Source of the DNA: Glycera tridactyla
Lineage: Eukaryota
Length of the DNA: 64,000 nt
Assembly (NCBI GenBank): GCA_965644265.1
Contig: OZ286459.1
Location: 97,402,001 to 97,466,000 of the forward strand
Direction: 5' to 3'
Below the pieces are notes generated by a model. The model did no database searches. It saw only the letters and a program-made list of their open reading frames with translations, and was not told the origin of the DNA. Within the stretch, counting starts at the first letter, position 1; every line of letters starts with the position of its first letter. Below are positions 24,401 to 38,600 of this stretch, piece by piece. Both the position numbers and the translations under genes were made by a program.

Positions 24401-27400
24401 GTTTCCCTGCATATTGGGGTAATAGCATGGTATTCGCATGTGTGAGCGAACCTTCTGACAAATTAATGTGGCCCACAATCTAGAAATACGATGTGCTCTC
24501 CCTCAACTTGATGTACCAGCTCCCATTTATCAATAACTAATTGGGACGCGAATCTGGGCCGTTTTGCCAATAGTAGGATTTATTGATGAGGCTAAAATGG
24601 GAGCGGAGGGTCCGATGGCCTGAGCGCCAAAAAAATATGAATTTTTCCCTCATCGGTAGCAAATGACTACAGTACGCACGTATTTGATGATAATGTGAAA
24701 TTTATTCATTCATGAGTTTCCAAATCAATTTTCAACTCACCATTGTAATATCTAATTGATGCTATGACCAGATCACTGCATATTGATTCATCGATTGAAT
24801 ATGTGTGGAATACACTGACTGGCGACAGCGAGAAAAAAAGAGTACGAGAGGTAATTTTGCGACATTTTTATGGATTTACTGTTGATACAGTGCGAACTGA
24901 ATAGAACATGTCCACATAATTAACGGGACAATGAAACGGTTATGTCACAATGAAAAGAATGTTTGCCTAAGTATGAGAACAGTGTATTTCGCTCAGCGCG
25001 TCTGCATATTATCAGAACCATTGGCGTACCAAGGCCTGTAGATGGTCTGGCGTCGTAGGTCATGATCCGATAGCACGGGTAACATATTTTAATTTTCTCG
25101 ATTCAACTTCTACTTTTCTCGCGTTACTGTCAATATGAGAAATATGGTGTCATATTGACATGAATTCATGCCGAAACTGACACAATGATGGCTATTCTGT
25201 GGTAGTGTCATTTTATGGACACCTAAGATAAGTGACTTTGTATATCCAACACATTGCCTTGCAAAACTACAGGTTATATACCCCGACAGCATATTCCGCA
25301 TGGTTGCATTTTGGATAGGAGGAGGGTGTACGTATGTGTGAGAGGGAGAGCGTGGTAGTTTGGGAAAGATGGGCTGTAAGACGTGGAATAAAGGAAGAGA
25401 ATTAGGNNNNNNNNNNNNNNNNNNNNNNNNNNNNNNNNNNNNNNNNNNNNNNNNNNNNNNNNNNNNNNNNNNNNNNNNNNNNNNNNNNNNNNNNNNNNNN
25501 NNNNNNNNNNNNNNNNNNNNNNNNNNNNNNNNNNNNNNNNNNNNNNNNNNNNNNNNNNNNNNNNNNNNNNNNNNNNNNNNNNNNNNNNNNNNNNNNNNNN
25601 NNNNNNNNNNNNNNNNNNNNNNNNNNNNNNNNNNNNNNNNNNNNNNNNNNNNNNNNNNNNNNNNNNNNNNNNNNNNNNNNNNNNNNNNNNNNNNNNNNNN
25701 NNNNNNNNNNNNNNNNNNNNNNNNNNNNNNNNNNNNNNNNNNNNNNNNNNNNNNNNNNNNNNNNNNNNNNNNNNNNNNNNNNNNNNNNNNNNNNNNNNNN
25801 NNNNNNNNNNNNNNNNNNNNNNNNNNNNNNNNNNNNNNNNNNNNNNNNNNNNNNNNNNNNNNNNNNNNNNNNNNNNNNNNNNNNNNNNNNNNNNNNNNNN
25901 NNNNNNGGCAGCATCGACAAAGGTTGACGGGAGCAAATAATATAGAAGGAAGTTGGAAATATGAGACATATTTTGCGATGTTATTAAGATCACTAGGAGT
26001 CGCCAATTGGGCGCCAGTAGTCTGACGACTGGCAATCACTAGATTCTGTCAAGTGATACTTGCGTCGGTACTTGAGTATGGTCGCCGATGATTTGTTGAC
26101 AGGCGGGTGTATGACCAAACATACATATCAGTCGATAGCAATAGAGCCTAAAGTTAGCCTTGCCCTTAGCGTTCAGCCAGTTGCTCTACAGCTAAGCAAT
26201 CGCTTCTGTCCACATTAACACTTTTTCCTTAAAAGGCTATCACCTGCTGATGTATAAAATACTAGCGAGTTGATGGAAAAGCGAATTTAGTAGCGCAGTT
26301 AGCTAGATATGAAAGAGGGGATCAGATATGTACATATGAGAAGCATAAGATTGGTTCGTTATGGACACAGGCATGCCTCGACTGAGCAAACACATGAATG
26401 ATGTGTGTTGTATATATGTGAAGGTTGCGTCTATGTATAGCAAGCTTGTTATCTGCAGATAAGCATTGATTGTGTGTGGCTTCAGTTACACTCCTTTCTG
26501 CAGATGCTATCAATCGAGCCCAGGAGAACATATAGACATACATCAGCAATTGGATGGAGAACCAATACACAATACACCCATGATGCTCCCAACCGATCAG
26601 TCGTCCTTGTGTCCCTACTCAGTTTTTTTACGAAGCTCACCATTTGCTCTATATCTGCTTGTGCCTGTGCGTGCTGCCAGAGACCGTTGAAACTGCTTCA
26701 ATCCTTCCCTGTACTCAGCTATATTCCATATCAAGCAGGCATGCTGCATGAATCCCACTAAGAATCGTCAGTGCGATCCGCCTGAACAAAGCACGGACCT
26801 TTTCAAAGCATACACTTTGGTGACTTTTCTTGACTGCATTTTAGGGCATGTTCGAAAGTATATTTGAGTGGTTCTTGACTACCTCTCCGATTTCAAATGG
26901 ACATGGAGAGTCAGTCTTTTGAGTATTATGAAAAGATCTTTGACCCGAGCGGAGGATTGCATCTCACCTTGAAGAGGTTCAGATGAGCGTCTTGAGGACA
27001 TGATTCATGCTAAAGAGTTTCAAGTAGTATTTCATTTGCTCTCCAATAAGAAGGGATATCAGTCGTTCATGTCTTCACAATCCCGATTGGACATCAGGTG
27101 GAGAATTGAAGTGTTGATCAGTAATGTTTGGCTTCTCTTAGAATGCTCACACACTCTGATATCTCAAAGAATAGATCGTTTTCATACACCTGATTTCATC
27201 GGTTGCATGAAATGATAGATAGTTCAGGATTTCGTGAAATTTGAAATGTTCAGATTGATGAATCATCCAGGATCGACTGGGAAAGGAGAAGGTCGTGAGG
27301 CATCTTATGATTGACGCCTGAATGGGTATTCTGTGCCATAAAATGTGTCCTATGGCCCATACCATTATTCACACTCGTGCCTTCGGCCAGATTGCACACC

Positions 27401-28089
27401 TCTTCACATTCATTGAGTATTTATTGAAGCGTAATACATGATAAGACCGGATAATAGCAATTGCACATCCCTCTCTTCATTTCACATGCTAATTCTCTGT
27501 CCAAATAAATGTGTACGTTCATGCTAGCACATCGGGCTCTGGATGACGTAACAGCTTCTAATTACGTCATCATCAATCTACTCTGCGTCATATTCACCAT
27601 ATATTCCAGATCCAATGTCACATTGAATTTCCATTTGCAGTTTTTCAGATAATGAGCCCAATCCACGAATAATCCTTTTGCAAAGAACAACACGACAGGA
27701 AGAATAGAGTGCAAATTATCATACCTCATATTCATCTCAAAGGCGGTCTATTGTCGCTCTTTAAGACCAGGTTTGACCCTGACCCTCAACCCACCAGCTC
27801 CCCGACTGAGCCATCGTGCGTCTTTCGTTTTTGTTTGCTTGGTCTCTGCGGTGAGTTCATGAGTGACTCGCCATTTTTTCCCACGGTACTACCACAGCAG
27901 GCTAGTACGATTGATAGTCTGTGTAACAAGAGCGGACGGCTTCTCCATAACAAGTTGGTGGACGTTAGAATTACCGTCCAACCTCCGTCATCCGTTACAA
28001 TCCCGGTGAACATGAGGCAGCGGACTCACAGATTGACAGTCGCCATCGCTCTATAGCAATCCGTAGTGAGCTACACAGCTTCACAACTA

Positions 28090-28218
28090 CAGTCGAAGCT
28101 GCTCTAAAGACCACCTCCTTATGAAGACCGTGATTGTAACGTCTCTATAAAGACCACCTCCCTATAAAGGCCACTTTTTGGTGCGACCGAATGCGGTCTT
28201 CATAGGGAGGTCCGACTG
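28090..28218. mobile_element. Tc1/mariner (pogo-like) MITE
   Basis: TA-CAGTCG...CGACTG-TA, with degenerate TIRs containing AAGACC/GGTCTT and internal repeats of TATAAAGACCACCTCC. Confidence 0.75.
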
Positions 28219-30676
28219 TATACCAATATTGACTTAGAAAATATGTTATCATCTTTTTTCATCCAGCATTGATGACAACGGACGTACGTGCCATATTGCA
28301 TATACATCCAAATGTATATGCAATTCAAATGTGGCGTTTCAAACGGAAGATTCGCCATTTTTCGTCTGATCTGAGATTTGATGGCACGAGTGTATCGCAC
28401 AAGTCTTCCGGCGATGATGGAACCTGTTTTCATGTAATGTACATGCTTTTGAAGAGGATTACGCCATCATTTCATTTCTTTTTACGGTGAATCTGCCGAC
28501 ATTATCGGCGACTATTGGCATATAAAACAGTAGAATTACGGCCGCCGCACACGCCGTAAAACCAGCGTAAAATCGACATATTTGGCACTCTATGGTGATA
28601 TATACTGGGGCACCTCGCCGAGATTACATTTCTAATCGCCGGAGATGTCAACAATATATGTCAGCGTGTTTCATTCAAATGCGGTGCAATTTCGCGACGC
28701 GACGTTTCCGGCATGATTTGACTTGACATGTTTGGGTACATGAATGTGGCAAAGAAGGATATGAATTATTGATCCTGTCAGAGAGTGGGATCGAATCACT
28801 GGCGACAATTCGCCATGGACGAAGCCGATAATTATGGACTCTATAATCCACTCTGATTATTGTCGACTAAAACAAATGACCATCGGTTTTATAATGAGCA
28901 CTGAACCATCATCCTATCAACGAATATTAAGGATCTTTCCGCTCAAATTTGACTCTTCTGAGCCACACTTTGATACCAAGTCTATCTATTAGCCCGCTGA
29001 AATGCTTATTGATGACCATATTGTTTATTTATTGGCCATATCTAGAAGTGTTCCTTGCTCATGGGAGGGTGATCATCATTAATTTTTCACAGATTATCAA
29101 GTGGATTATCTTCTATGATTGGCCAATGTTTTTGCGAAGCACTGAGAGCAACATTCACATATTCATCCTGATATTGGGTCAGGGAGTCGCAAACGGTTCC
29201 CTCAGTAATTTAAAAAATCTCGACCTTCGGTTTTGGAGAGGAGGGAGCCCTGCATGATCCCATCCATTGCCCACCCATTGCCCCTCTATTCAGGATTGGC
29301 AAGATGTCTGGTGCTATCCAATGGTGTATTAGCTATGACACACTAACCCAGGGGTCATCACTGTTTCCCCGAAGGTGATTAGAATGCATTCCATATAACT
29401 TGATATCAGACGAAAGATCGATTCTCCAGATCCATTCCCCTGATCGAGCACATCCAATCTCCTATATAAGAGTTGCATCACTAGATCGGTTCAGTTGCAA
29501 TCAATATCACTCAACATCTATTGTTCTCTTCTCCTCGCCATAATATTGAGTTTGCTATCCTTTTTGCATATACTGCTTATCACTGCACCTGCTAGTACTC
29601 AATCTGAGCTTCCAATTAGTAGGTTGTTCCTACCCACAAATATGTTTTCCATCATGAATTGTATTGTTTTACCTAGAACTTTTGGTCTTCCATCGCCCAC
29701 TCTGATCCATTTCGACTTCTTCCTTCCTCTGATGAACATTTGAGCGTATCGGTTACTCCAGATCCGCAGACTTATCAATCGCCTTGTCAATCCGTTGAAC
29801 TGTTCCATCAGTGCACAATTGCCTCTTGCCTTGTCTCCACTCAAAAGGTTCCGTTATCCAATGAATTGTGCCGAAGTTCATCCCACAGTACTTCTTATGC
29901 CATCAGCTATTCCAACATCGCCTGAATAATATCTTGCCAATCTCTTCCTCGCTATCTCTCTTCTTGTCTCTCTCCTGCCCCTATTCTCTCTCTTTTTTCC
30001 GTCGGAGACGATCCTATTTTCACTTTGGGATTCCCACTCAATCTAGACATTGCTATCGTCCATTCTACGGGCTGATTCGCCATGACTCGACGATGTATCA
30101 CACACATACTCCGTGGGCTACCATTTGTAAACGATCGCTACTGAATCATCAGAATTGAACTGAAACTGCTTGAAACATGTGTGGAATGTGTGAGAAACAG
30201 AAGTTTTCGGGTGCAACATTCCTAAATTCGGATATCATCGAATACTGACCATGTGAGAACATTTGAAACGAAAAATCTCTTATTAGAAGCGACGCATAGC
30301 GGATAAAGAGAGTGTCATTACCGGGGAAACCCCTCCGTGACGTCATAACAGTGGCAAACATGGTGCGCAGGGAAGAAGTTGCTGTGCGATCGATAGTTCA
30401 CTGTTTTGGGCGAGTATACGATGGATTCTCACAATTTATACATGTGTTGTACATAACTGGATTCGAACAACTTCATTTCATCATTTAGACAGGTCATAAT
30501 ACAAGTATTCGCCGGTAAATCGCTGTTGTTCTCGCCGCATGCTCTCTACTATTAACGTGTGCACGCACGCTCCTGTCTTTGTCAACGCCAATCTCTCCGT
30601 CTAACGATGAGGATGCCCCTCGCTCGCTGCTTGCCATTCACACCGCCAAAACATGCTGAAATATTCACGCACTTGT

Positions 30677-30677
30677 A

Positions 30678-30725
<48 letters not shown>

Positions 30726-30800
30726 GCATCTCGGGCTGTCTGTTTGTCCGTCTATCTGCGTGCCTGTGTGCCTGCAGATCTGTCTGTCTGTCTTCCGGCA
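30677..30800. repeat. (GTCT)n microsatellite
   Basis: Perfect then degenerate TCTG runs. Confidence 0.95.
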
Positions 30801-32682
30801 ATGGGTGTCTGATGCCGTGATGGAAACACAAATCGTGATCATTACATGCTAAATTGGGAATGCGGCACCTTCCTATCTCACACCATGGGATGGAAACTTT
30901 ACAGAATTAAGTCCAAGATGCGTACCTGAATCGCTGTCTGTCTGTCTTCTGGCAGTGGGCAGCCGCAAGACGGTAGTTCACATTCGGCTCAGGTGACAAA
31001 CCTCGCCCCCCCTCCACTCACGATTTTGTCTGTCTGTATGTCTGTCTGTCTGTCTGCTCTCAGGGTGAGATAGCCACCCACCTGCTCGGGTAGGTAGATT
31101 TTCCAGGTGGGCAGGTACAAATTCGGCAGGCTGATTTTCCTNNNNNNNNNNNNNNNNNNNNNNNNNNNNNNNNNNNNNNNNNNNNNNNNNNNNNNNNNNN
31201 NNNNNNNNNNNNNNNNNNNNNNNNNNNNNNNNNNNNNNNNNNNNNNNNNNNNNNNNNNNNNNNNNNNNNNNNNNNNNNNNNNNNNNNNNNNNNNNNNNNN
31301 NNNNNNNNNNNNNNNNNNNNNNNNNNNNNNNNNNNNNNNNNNNNNNNNNNNNNNNNNNNCGGATATATCAGGGGGATAATGGAGAAATCGAATGAGTTTC
31401 AAGATATTATATGAAACCACTATTCATAATTTTCAAGGCCGCATTTCCCTTTTCATGGCACGGGCTGGTTGTTAATTCAATGCCACTCATCATACAGATG
31501 CATACCCCCCCCCTCTCTCTCTCTCTCTCTCCCTCTCTTTCTCTCTCTCTCTTTCCCTTTCCCCTTTCAAATTACCAGCTCTCCGCTGTAAATCGACGAC
31601 CATTCTTCTTTTGAAGAAATTTCTTGTTATCCATATTTTCGTTGAGATACCCGCTGAAAAATCAGTCCTCTCATCAGAATACCACCAGTAATGAAGCATG
31701 AGAAGTGCCCCCCCCCCTCCACCCCCACCCCTCATCTCATCAGTATTACTATAGTGCTGTAAGCCAACTGAGACTGTTCACTGACTACAATCATCAGAAA
31801 TGAAGGTTCATAGTCAACTTCGATCCGGAACTTTCCCCAGAATTATCCGACACCATTGCAATGGTATCCCAAGAAAATAGGTTTAGCTGATAATAAATTG
31901 TCATGATGACATGAGTCCAGCAATCTGAGCATCTATCTGACTCAAGGGTAGGCACCCGGGAAGAATTGATGGCAGACTGTGGTAGGACGGGACGGGCATT
32001 TAGAGCTGAGCTGGTGGGGCTGGCTGCTGTGCTCAATGGCGGATGGATGCTGCTTGATGGGTGATGAAGTTGCACGCTCCCTGGATGAGGTCAAGCGTGC
32101 CAAGTAATATATGCTCGCCATCTTAGCCAGAATGTGCTCATATATAAAGCTGCGGTGGTGACTTCTAAATAGTGTGCACCATGTGTTAACCCAATCCTGG
32201 TACTGCTCTCTGCGACTATTTTGGGGATATCCACCGCTGGCGTAGGTAGTAAATAAACTTGGTGCTGATCTAGTCGCGGTGCAGCTCCAATAATCAGCCC
32301 TAACTCACTCTGGATTAAAGAAAATTGCCATCCTAGTCTTTCTATAAAAAAAAAACTCCCTGCCACCATCGGTATCATCAATGCTACCTCTACTATCATC
32401 ACTGCTAATACTGCTTCTCGGATTATGACAGAGATGATGCTGTGTCTGATTACAAGCAGACTAACGACAACAGAATTCCGAATAAGCACCATTCATCGAT
32501 TGGAACTGAAATCATCAGATGGTCATTGCTTTGAAAGGAAACTTCTGTTCAANNNNNNNNNNNNNNNNNNNNNNNNNNNNNNNNNNNNNNNNNNNNNNNN
32601 NNNNNNNNNNNNNNNNNNNNNNNNNNNNNNNNNNNNNNNNNNNNNNNNNNNNNNNNNNNNNNNNNNNNNNNNNNNNNNNNNA

Positions 32683-32922
32683 TCTCCACCGATCCATTTT
32701 TCAATCAATCCACCTATCCGCCATTCCATCCATCCATATTTCCACCCATATATCTCTGCACCTATCGATCCATCTCATCCTTCAGCCCGTCCTATCCATT
32801 GAACCAATCATCCATCCATTCATCCATTCATCCATGCATCCATCAATCCGTTTGTCCGTCCGTCAGTCCGTCCGTTCATCAATCCATTCATTCATCCACC
32901 CATCCATCCATCCATCCATCCG
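32683..32922. repeat. Degenerate (CATC)n microsatellite next to a gap
   Basis: CCAT/TCAT/CCGT runs. Confidence 0.92.
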
Positions 32923-35900
32923 TACAGTCATGTCAGCTGGCTGATGCAACGTTTGGATGAGACACACATATTCAGCTCTTCTCCAAGTGGAAGACAAGCA
33001 AGATTCGTAGGCATAGATAAATCACGATGATACTCCCCATGCAACCATTCAGTCGTTAATCTTGATTATGCCTGCAAATTTAGGTGACATGTTTGCCAAG
33101 ATGTTAGCTGATAGCATTCGTGCGGTGTTTGCACTGTTGAATGCTGGCGCTGCATGGGTCGGAGATTGTTGCCTATTGAAGGTCGATCCAGCTAGGGATC
33201 CAAATCCCCAATTGGCTATATACTATATGAAAATATAGATACTGTGACTATTTTAAAAGATGATATCACTCTAATTCGATTCGCTAGGTTCCGATATCAT
33301 ACCCTTCATCTTGAGGTAATCAGTAGCTGGTAGACGGTAATCCGAAAAATAAAAAGTGTATATCATACAGATGAGAGAAAAAAAACACTTCTCGTTGATT
33401 GGATTGTCCAACGGACAGCCATGCCATATGCATCTTTGTGTGTTGAATAGCAGGGTATGAAGAGACATGAGGGATTTGGTATACAACAGAAAATGTAGGT
33501 TATCAGTGTGAGAGCAACCGCATGCCGAAAGCTGGAGAGATGTCAGTCACATCCCATATTTCTATATGAAATTATAGGAAACAAGCGGAGATGACATGAT
33601 GNNNNNNNNNNNNNNNNNNNNNNNNNNNNNNNNNNNNNNNNNNNNNNNNNNNNNNNNNNNNNNNNNNNNNNNNNNNNNNNNNNNNNNNNNNNNNNNNNNN
33701 NNNNNNNNNNNNNNNNNNNNNNNNNNNNNNNNNNCATGGATGGAAAGACGAATAGTAAAAGGGATTGTCAGACCGATAGACTGACAGACAGACCGACAGT
33801 TTGACACAGAATGACTTTATATTCACAGAAAGGCATTGCCAGCGTCATGTCCATGATCACTTCAGCTATGTTCACAATGTTTTTCAATCGGTAAGGTCCT
33901 GCTCTGTATAGACAAAAATATGCTCTAGTCGATCCGTGTAGTTTGCGCATGGAATGCATTTTGAGGAGGATAAATGGGATTTGTAGCGGTGTTAATCCGG
34001 CGCTTTTCACCCTTTCAGCAGCTCATCCATCAATCAACACATCTTCAGTGATGTAGAATGATATAAAAAGTGGCCGACAATAGCAGTGTCCCTGCTCAAC
34101 CCCGCCTTGGCCGAACACTTCTACCACTCACCCGACATGTTCCCTCAGGCTTGGATCATCATCAGACAAGTGGCAGTTCACATCTCCTGAGTGAGCTCAA
34201 ATTAACAGGCCCTGTAAGGGAAGTAACTGTTGGAGGACGCCACAGTGATATGAACTTTTGTATTGTCCAGATGATGGGCATATAAAAAGAACATTCATGA
34301 TAGGATTGGCAGAAAAAGGATCATTTGCGAGAATACAACAAGAATACACAGAGACACAAACCTGACCTCAACCACAATATCTTACCCTAGTGAACATCTG
34401 TGATGCTAATAATCAAAAGTCAGAGGACCGACTGCACGAACACACATTCGAATATAGAGCTTCAACAGTTGGAGAAATATTCACATTATATATTAACACC
34501 GGCGAACAAACGTTACTATAATCGACAGAAGACCGTCAACTTGGTCGTGTCAACATCATACTGTCATGCATATTCGAACATTGTCTAGACACATCTAAAG
34601 ATAGCACACGTGCTTCATATATATCCCGAACTAGCAACGATTAACTGATGATCGCATCTAGTTCCATGAAGTGGCACAATGGTACTAGTTATATGTGATG
34701 CCAAGCTCTGGTGCATTCCTTTACAGAAGAGTCGCCGCTGGAGGCCGCTATGCCGATTTCAATAAGTCCTTCTTGTCTGAGTATTCATCATGAGAAATGT
34801 ATCCCAAGATGACATCGAATTCAATCAGGATCAATGGTCTTATCAACATATATTCATGGAGCTTATATTGGGACTATTATTCCCAGAAATGGCCATGTTA
34901 AAATGTCCGCCCACAGATCATTGGAAAATGTGAGCATTACTGTTGAATGAGTGGTGTGGCTTCGATTATGTTACATCTCGTATGCAAGTGATATGACCCA
35001 TTGAATGGATTATCCACAAATAGACGAAGTCAAAACCGTGCCTCTCACAAGACAGATAGCACGACAGGGAGTGTACCAGCGCTTACTTGAAAAGTAACTG
35101 GTTGAATATAGGTGGCTCGCAAATGGGTGAGCAGTCCTGAGCCAGGCGAAGGTAAATCAACTTTGAGTACGACCGCAGATGACGCAATAATCGCAGGAGT
35201 AGCAATGAAATGTATCTGCCACCACCTGTGACTTGTAACAGTGGAAGCGTAAGGCACTACAAACTGCTCCACACTGGACGACAATACTAGAAGATTACCC
35301 TAAAACACCGCCTGTCTGTCTGTCTGCCCATCCATACATCCATTCACTCATCAATCTATTCATNNNNNNNNNNNNNNNNNNNNNNNNNNNNNNNNNNNNN
35401 NNNNNNNNNNNNNNNNNNNNNNNNNNNNNNNNNNNNNNNNNNNNNNNNNNNNNNNNNNNNNNNNNNNNNNNNNNNNNNNNNNNNNNNNNNNNNNNNNNNN
35501 NNNNNNNNNNNNNNNNNNNNNNNNNNNNNNNNNNNNNNNNNNNNNNNNNNNNNNNNNNNNNNNNNNNNNNNNNNNNNNNNNNNNNNNNNNNNNNNNNNNN
35601 NNNNNNNNNNNNNNNNNNNNNNNNNNNNNNNNNNNNNNNNNNNNNNNNNNNNNNNNNNNNNNNNNNNNNNNNNNNNNNNNNNNNNNNNNNNNNNNNNNNN
35701 NNNNNNNNNNNNNNNNNNNNNNNNNNNNNNNNNNNNNNNNNNNNNNNNNNNNNNNNNNNNNNNNNNNNNNNNNNNNNNNNNNNNNNNNNNNNNNNNNNNN
35801 NNNNNNNNNNNNNNNNNNNNNNNNNNNNNNNNNNNNNNNNNNNNNNNNNNNNNNNNNNNNNNNNNNNNNNNNNNNNNNNNNNNNNNNNNNNNNNNNNNNN

Positions 35901-37819
35901 NNNNNNNNNNNNNNNNNNNNNNNNNNNNNNNNNNNNNNNNNNNNNNNNNNNNNNNNNNCAATCTGACTGTCAACCTGTCTGTCTGTCCATCTCTCTGCCA
36001 GGGTTCCCATTATTCCTGGGACATTCCGTCGGCCACAAATTATATTTATTTTGGATATCATATGCCATATCAGTTTTGGCACTGCATAGACAATGAATAT
36101 GACCTTGGGGCTAAGGTTTTAGCCTTCCAACGGAGCTCGAATTGAGGAGGTGACCCAATATGATGGTGATACTTGTATATTGCATGCCAGAAGCGGCGAT
36201 CTATTCAAGTGCATGTCAGATATAGATGGCTATCTGACATCATGTGTCACATACTACTTGTCTTTAAAGAGTGCCCTGCTCTACATGCGACTGACACTGG
36301 CCATTAATGTTCTATCAACCCGAGCAGCTGGCTCAGTTAACTACTCAATCTACATCAAACAGCAACAATCAAGGCACATTAGGGCAGGTCTCTAGAACTC
36401 TCGCCGGTTGATAGCTACGATAGATGCATTCACTTACGCTCTTACTATCCCATCATTGCGATTCTAATCATCATTACCTGTTGATGACTTTTGGAGTAGA
36501 TTGCATGCACTCTCGATGAAATGACTCCCCTCACTATCTAAAAATCGACTCGATGGCTATCTGATTGTATTCCATAGGTTAATCGGAAATCCAATATGTA
36601 CGGCTCCATCCCATCAGATGCGATGGATTGCAGCAAGACTAGTGTTGTGTCAGAAAGTGAGCATGCCACACATTTGGACACAAAAGTTTTCAAATCTTTC
36701 CACAAATTATTATGTATGCATCGAAATATATCCTCATCAATTATCTACGTGAAGGTAGGAGGTGGAAGAAGGGAAAAGAGAACTTTTATCAACACTTTTG
36801 ATCTTAAGTTAGACCAAGTAAGTTTTCGTCGTCAATGAATCTCTCCTGGGGCATATCTTCTCCCAGTGCATCAGCATTCATGTCATGGTATGCGGTAAAT
36901 CAGGTTATAAAGACGAGTTTCGGTCATATGGACTATTTTCTAGCGAAACCCACGCATATTGTGACCACTCAAAAAGAAGACTGCTCGTATAGTTCACCTG
37001 CGGAATGACTCGTCTCACGTCAAATCATACAGTCGATTTGTATCAAAGCATTGTGATCAAATGTTGAACAAGGACTTTACGATCAACCACAATCGTAGAA
37101 ATTCCTTCAGCCTGAAGATGAGCACTATATTTGGTGTCTAACGGTATGATACCACTCAGCAGCGGCTCGGGGTATCGTTGGTAATGTTATGGAAACATAT
37201 ATATATTACCATATGAACAGGTAATAGCCCAGCGAACTATTTCCCTATGGGAGTCGAAGGATGATGGACAGTGGCTGGTGCCAAATCACCTTCAATGCTG
37301 AAAAAAGGCAGATTGTGAGAGCGAGTATCTGCCTGTATCCTTGGCAAAATGACAAAGAGCAAGTGGCAATTGAATGCCGCCTATCTGCTAAATGAGTGCA
37401 TGTTGCTATTTTCGCTGACGACGACAACCGATAGGTGGTCTCGTGACATTGAATAGCTGCTGCAGACCCATTTCACCAACAGAAAAGTTCACTCAAAATA
37501 TAGAAAGTGCTCTCAGTTACTATTCCTTTTTTTCACAATATCATAGTAATTGAGGGCACCTGCAGCATTTCGCATGCACCTATAACCTTTGTGAAATGGC
37601 TTACAGCAGCGTAGTAATGGTCAGTACCGGCCAGCGCTTCCGTCGCACCCGGATTATTGCACCAAATTGCCACCGTTAGGACGGTGATCTGTCTTTATCT
37701 GTCTGACTAATCGGACGTGGACTACCATCACTCTCTAATATCTACATGAGCCCTCGTTAACAATTCTCTCCCTACCCCAGCTATCAGCCTAATTAAATCC
37801 CCTATCTCAATATATGGAT

Positions 37820-38600
37820 AGTGAATAGGTTCCAGTATATGAGGATCTCTGTCGACATGGACTGAATTGGTCGTAATATACACCGACTGGATGATTCCCG
37901 GTATATAAAATCTGCATCTATCTTGTTATATTATAATTGTATGAAGCAGAATAGAAAATATATTGAAATAGGGCTTGGTATACTATATAGAGGCGAAGAA
38001 GATTTCAGTATTTGAGAAAGTAGTGGAACGTAGTGTATCGGGGTTGAATAGATCTCAGTATGGGGAGACATAGTAAATCCCTGTATATGGACACAAAGAA
38101 GATCTCAGTAAACAGGGATCGAATGGATCTCAGTATGTTGATAATGAATAGGTCTCAGTATATCAAGACCGATTAGTAACTAATGTATACAGATTGTATA
38201 GATCTTAATATATAAAGTTTTGATTGACATTCGGCACAGAATAGTGAAAAGAGATGTATGTGTCAAGACATACAGATCTAGGTATGTGAAGTCTTGATAG
38301 ATCTCGGTACATGATGATTGACCAGATCCAAGTATATGAAGACAGCGTGTGAAGACTCAATCGCTCCCATTTTCTGAAGACGTGATAAATCAAATGCTAC
38401 TATTTCGGGATCAGATATCATTAACGGAGGCTGAATGGATCACGGTTCTCAGTATATGAATCTCAATGTATGAATGCATATCGATTTAAAGGAACCCTTC
38501 ATATTTCAGAATACGAAGACAGAATAGATTTCAAAACAAGGAGACTGGGTGCTTCCAGTATATTAAGATCGAATAGTCCCAGTATATAAAGACTGAGGAG
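37820..38600. repeat. Highly degenerate minisatellite-like tract
   Basis: Recurrent GAATAG(A/G)TCTCAGTAT-like motif near 37823, 38046, 38101, 38124, 38146, 38445 and 38571. Confidence 0.55.

Noticed and set aside
25988-26042. 8-bp direct repeat ATCACTAG around 38 bp, considered as a hAT TSD
   Set aside because: There are no terminal inverted repeats flush with the direct repeats.
29480-29960. Possible LTR-retrotransposon pol remnant (QLCTDGT)
   Set aside because: Only a single short motif, with no supporting protease, RT or integrase signatures.
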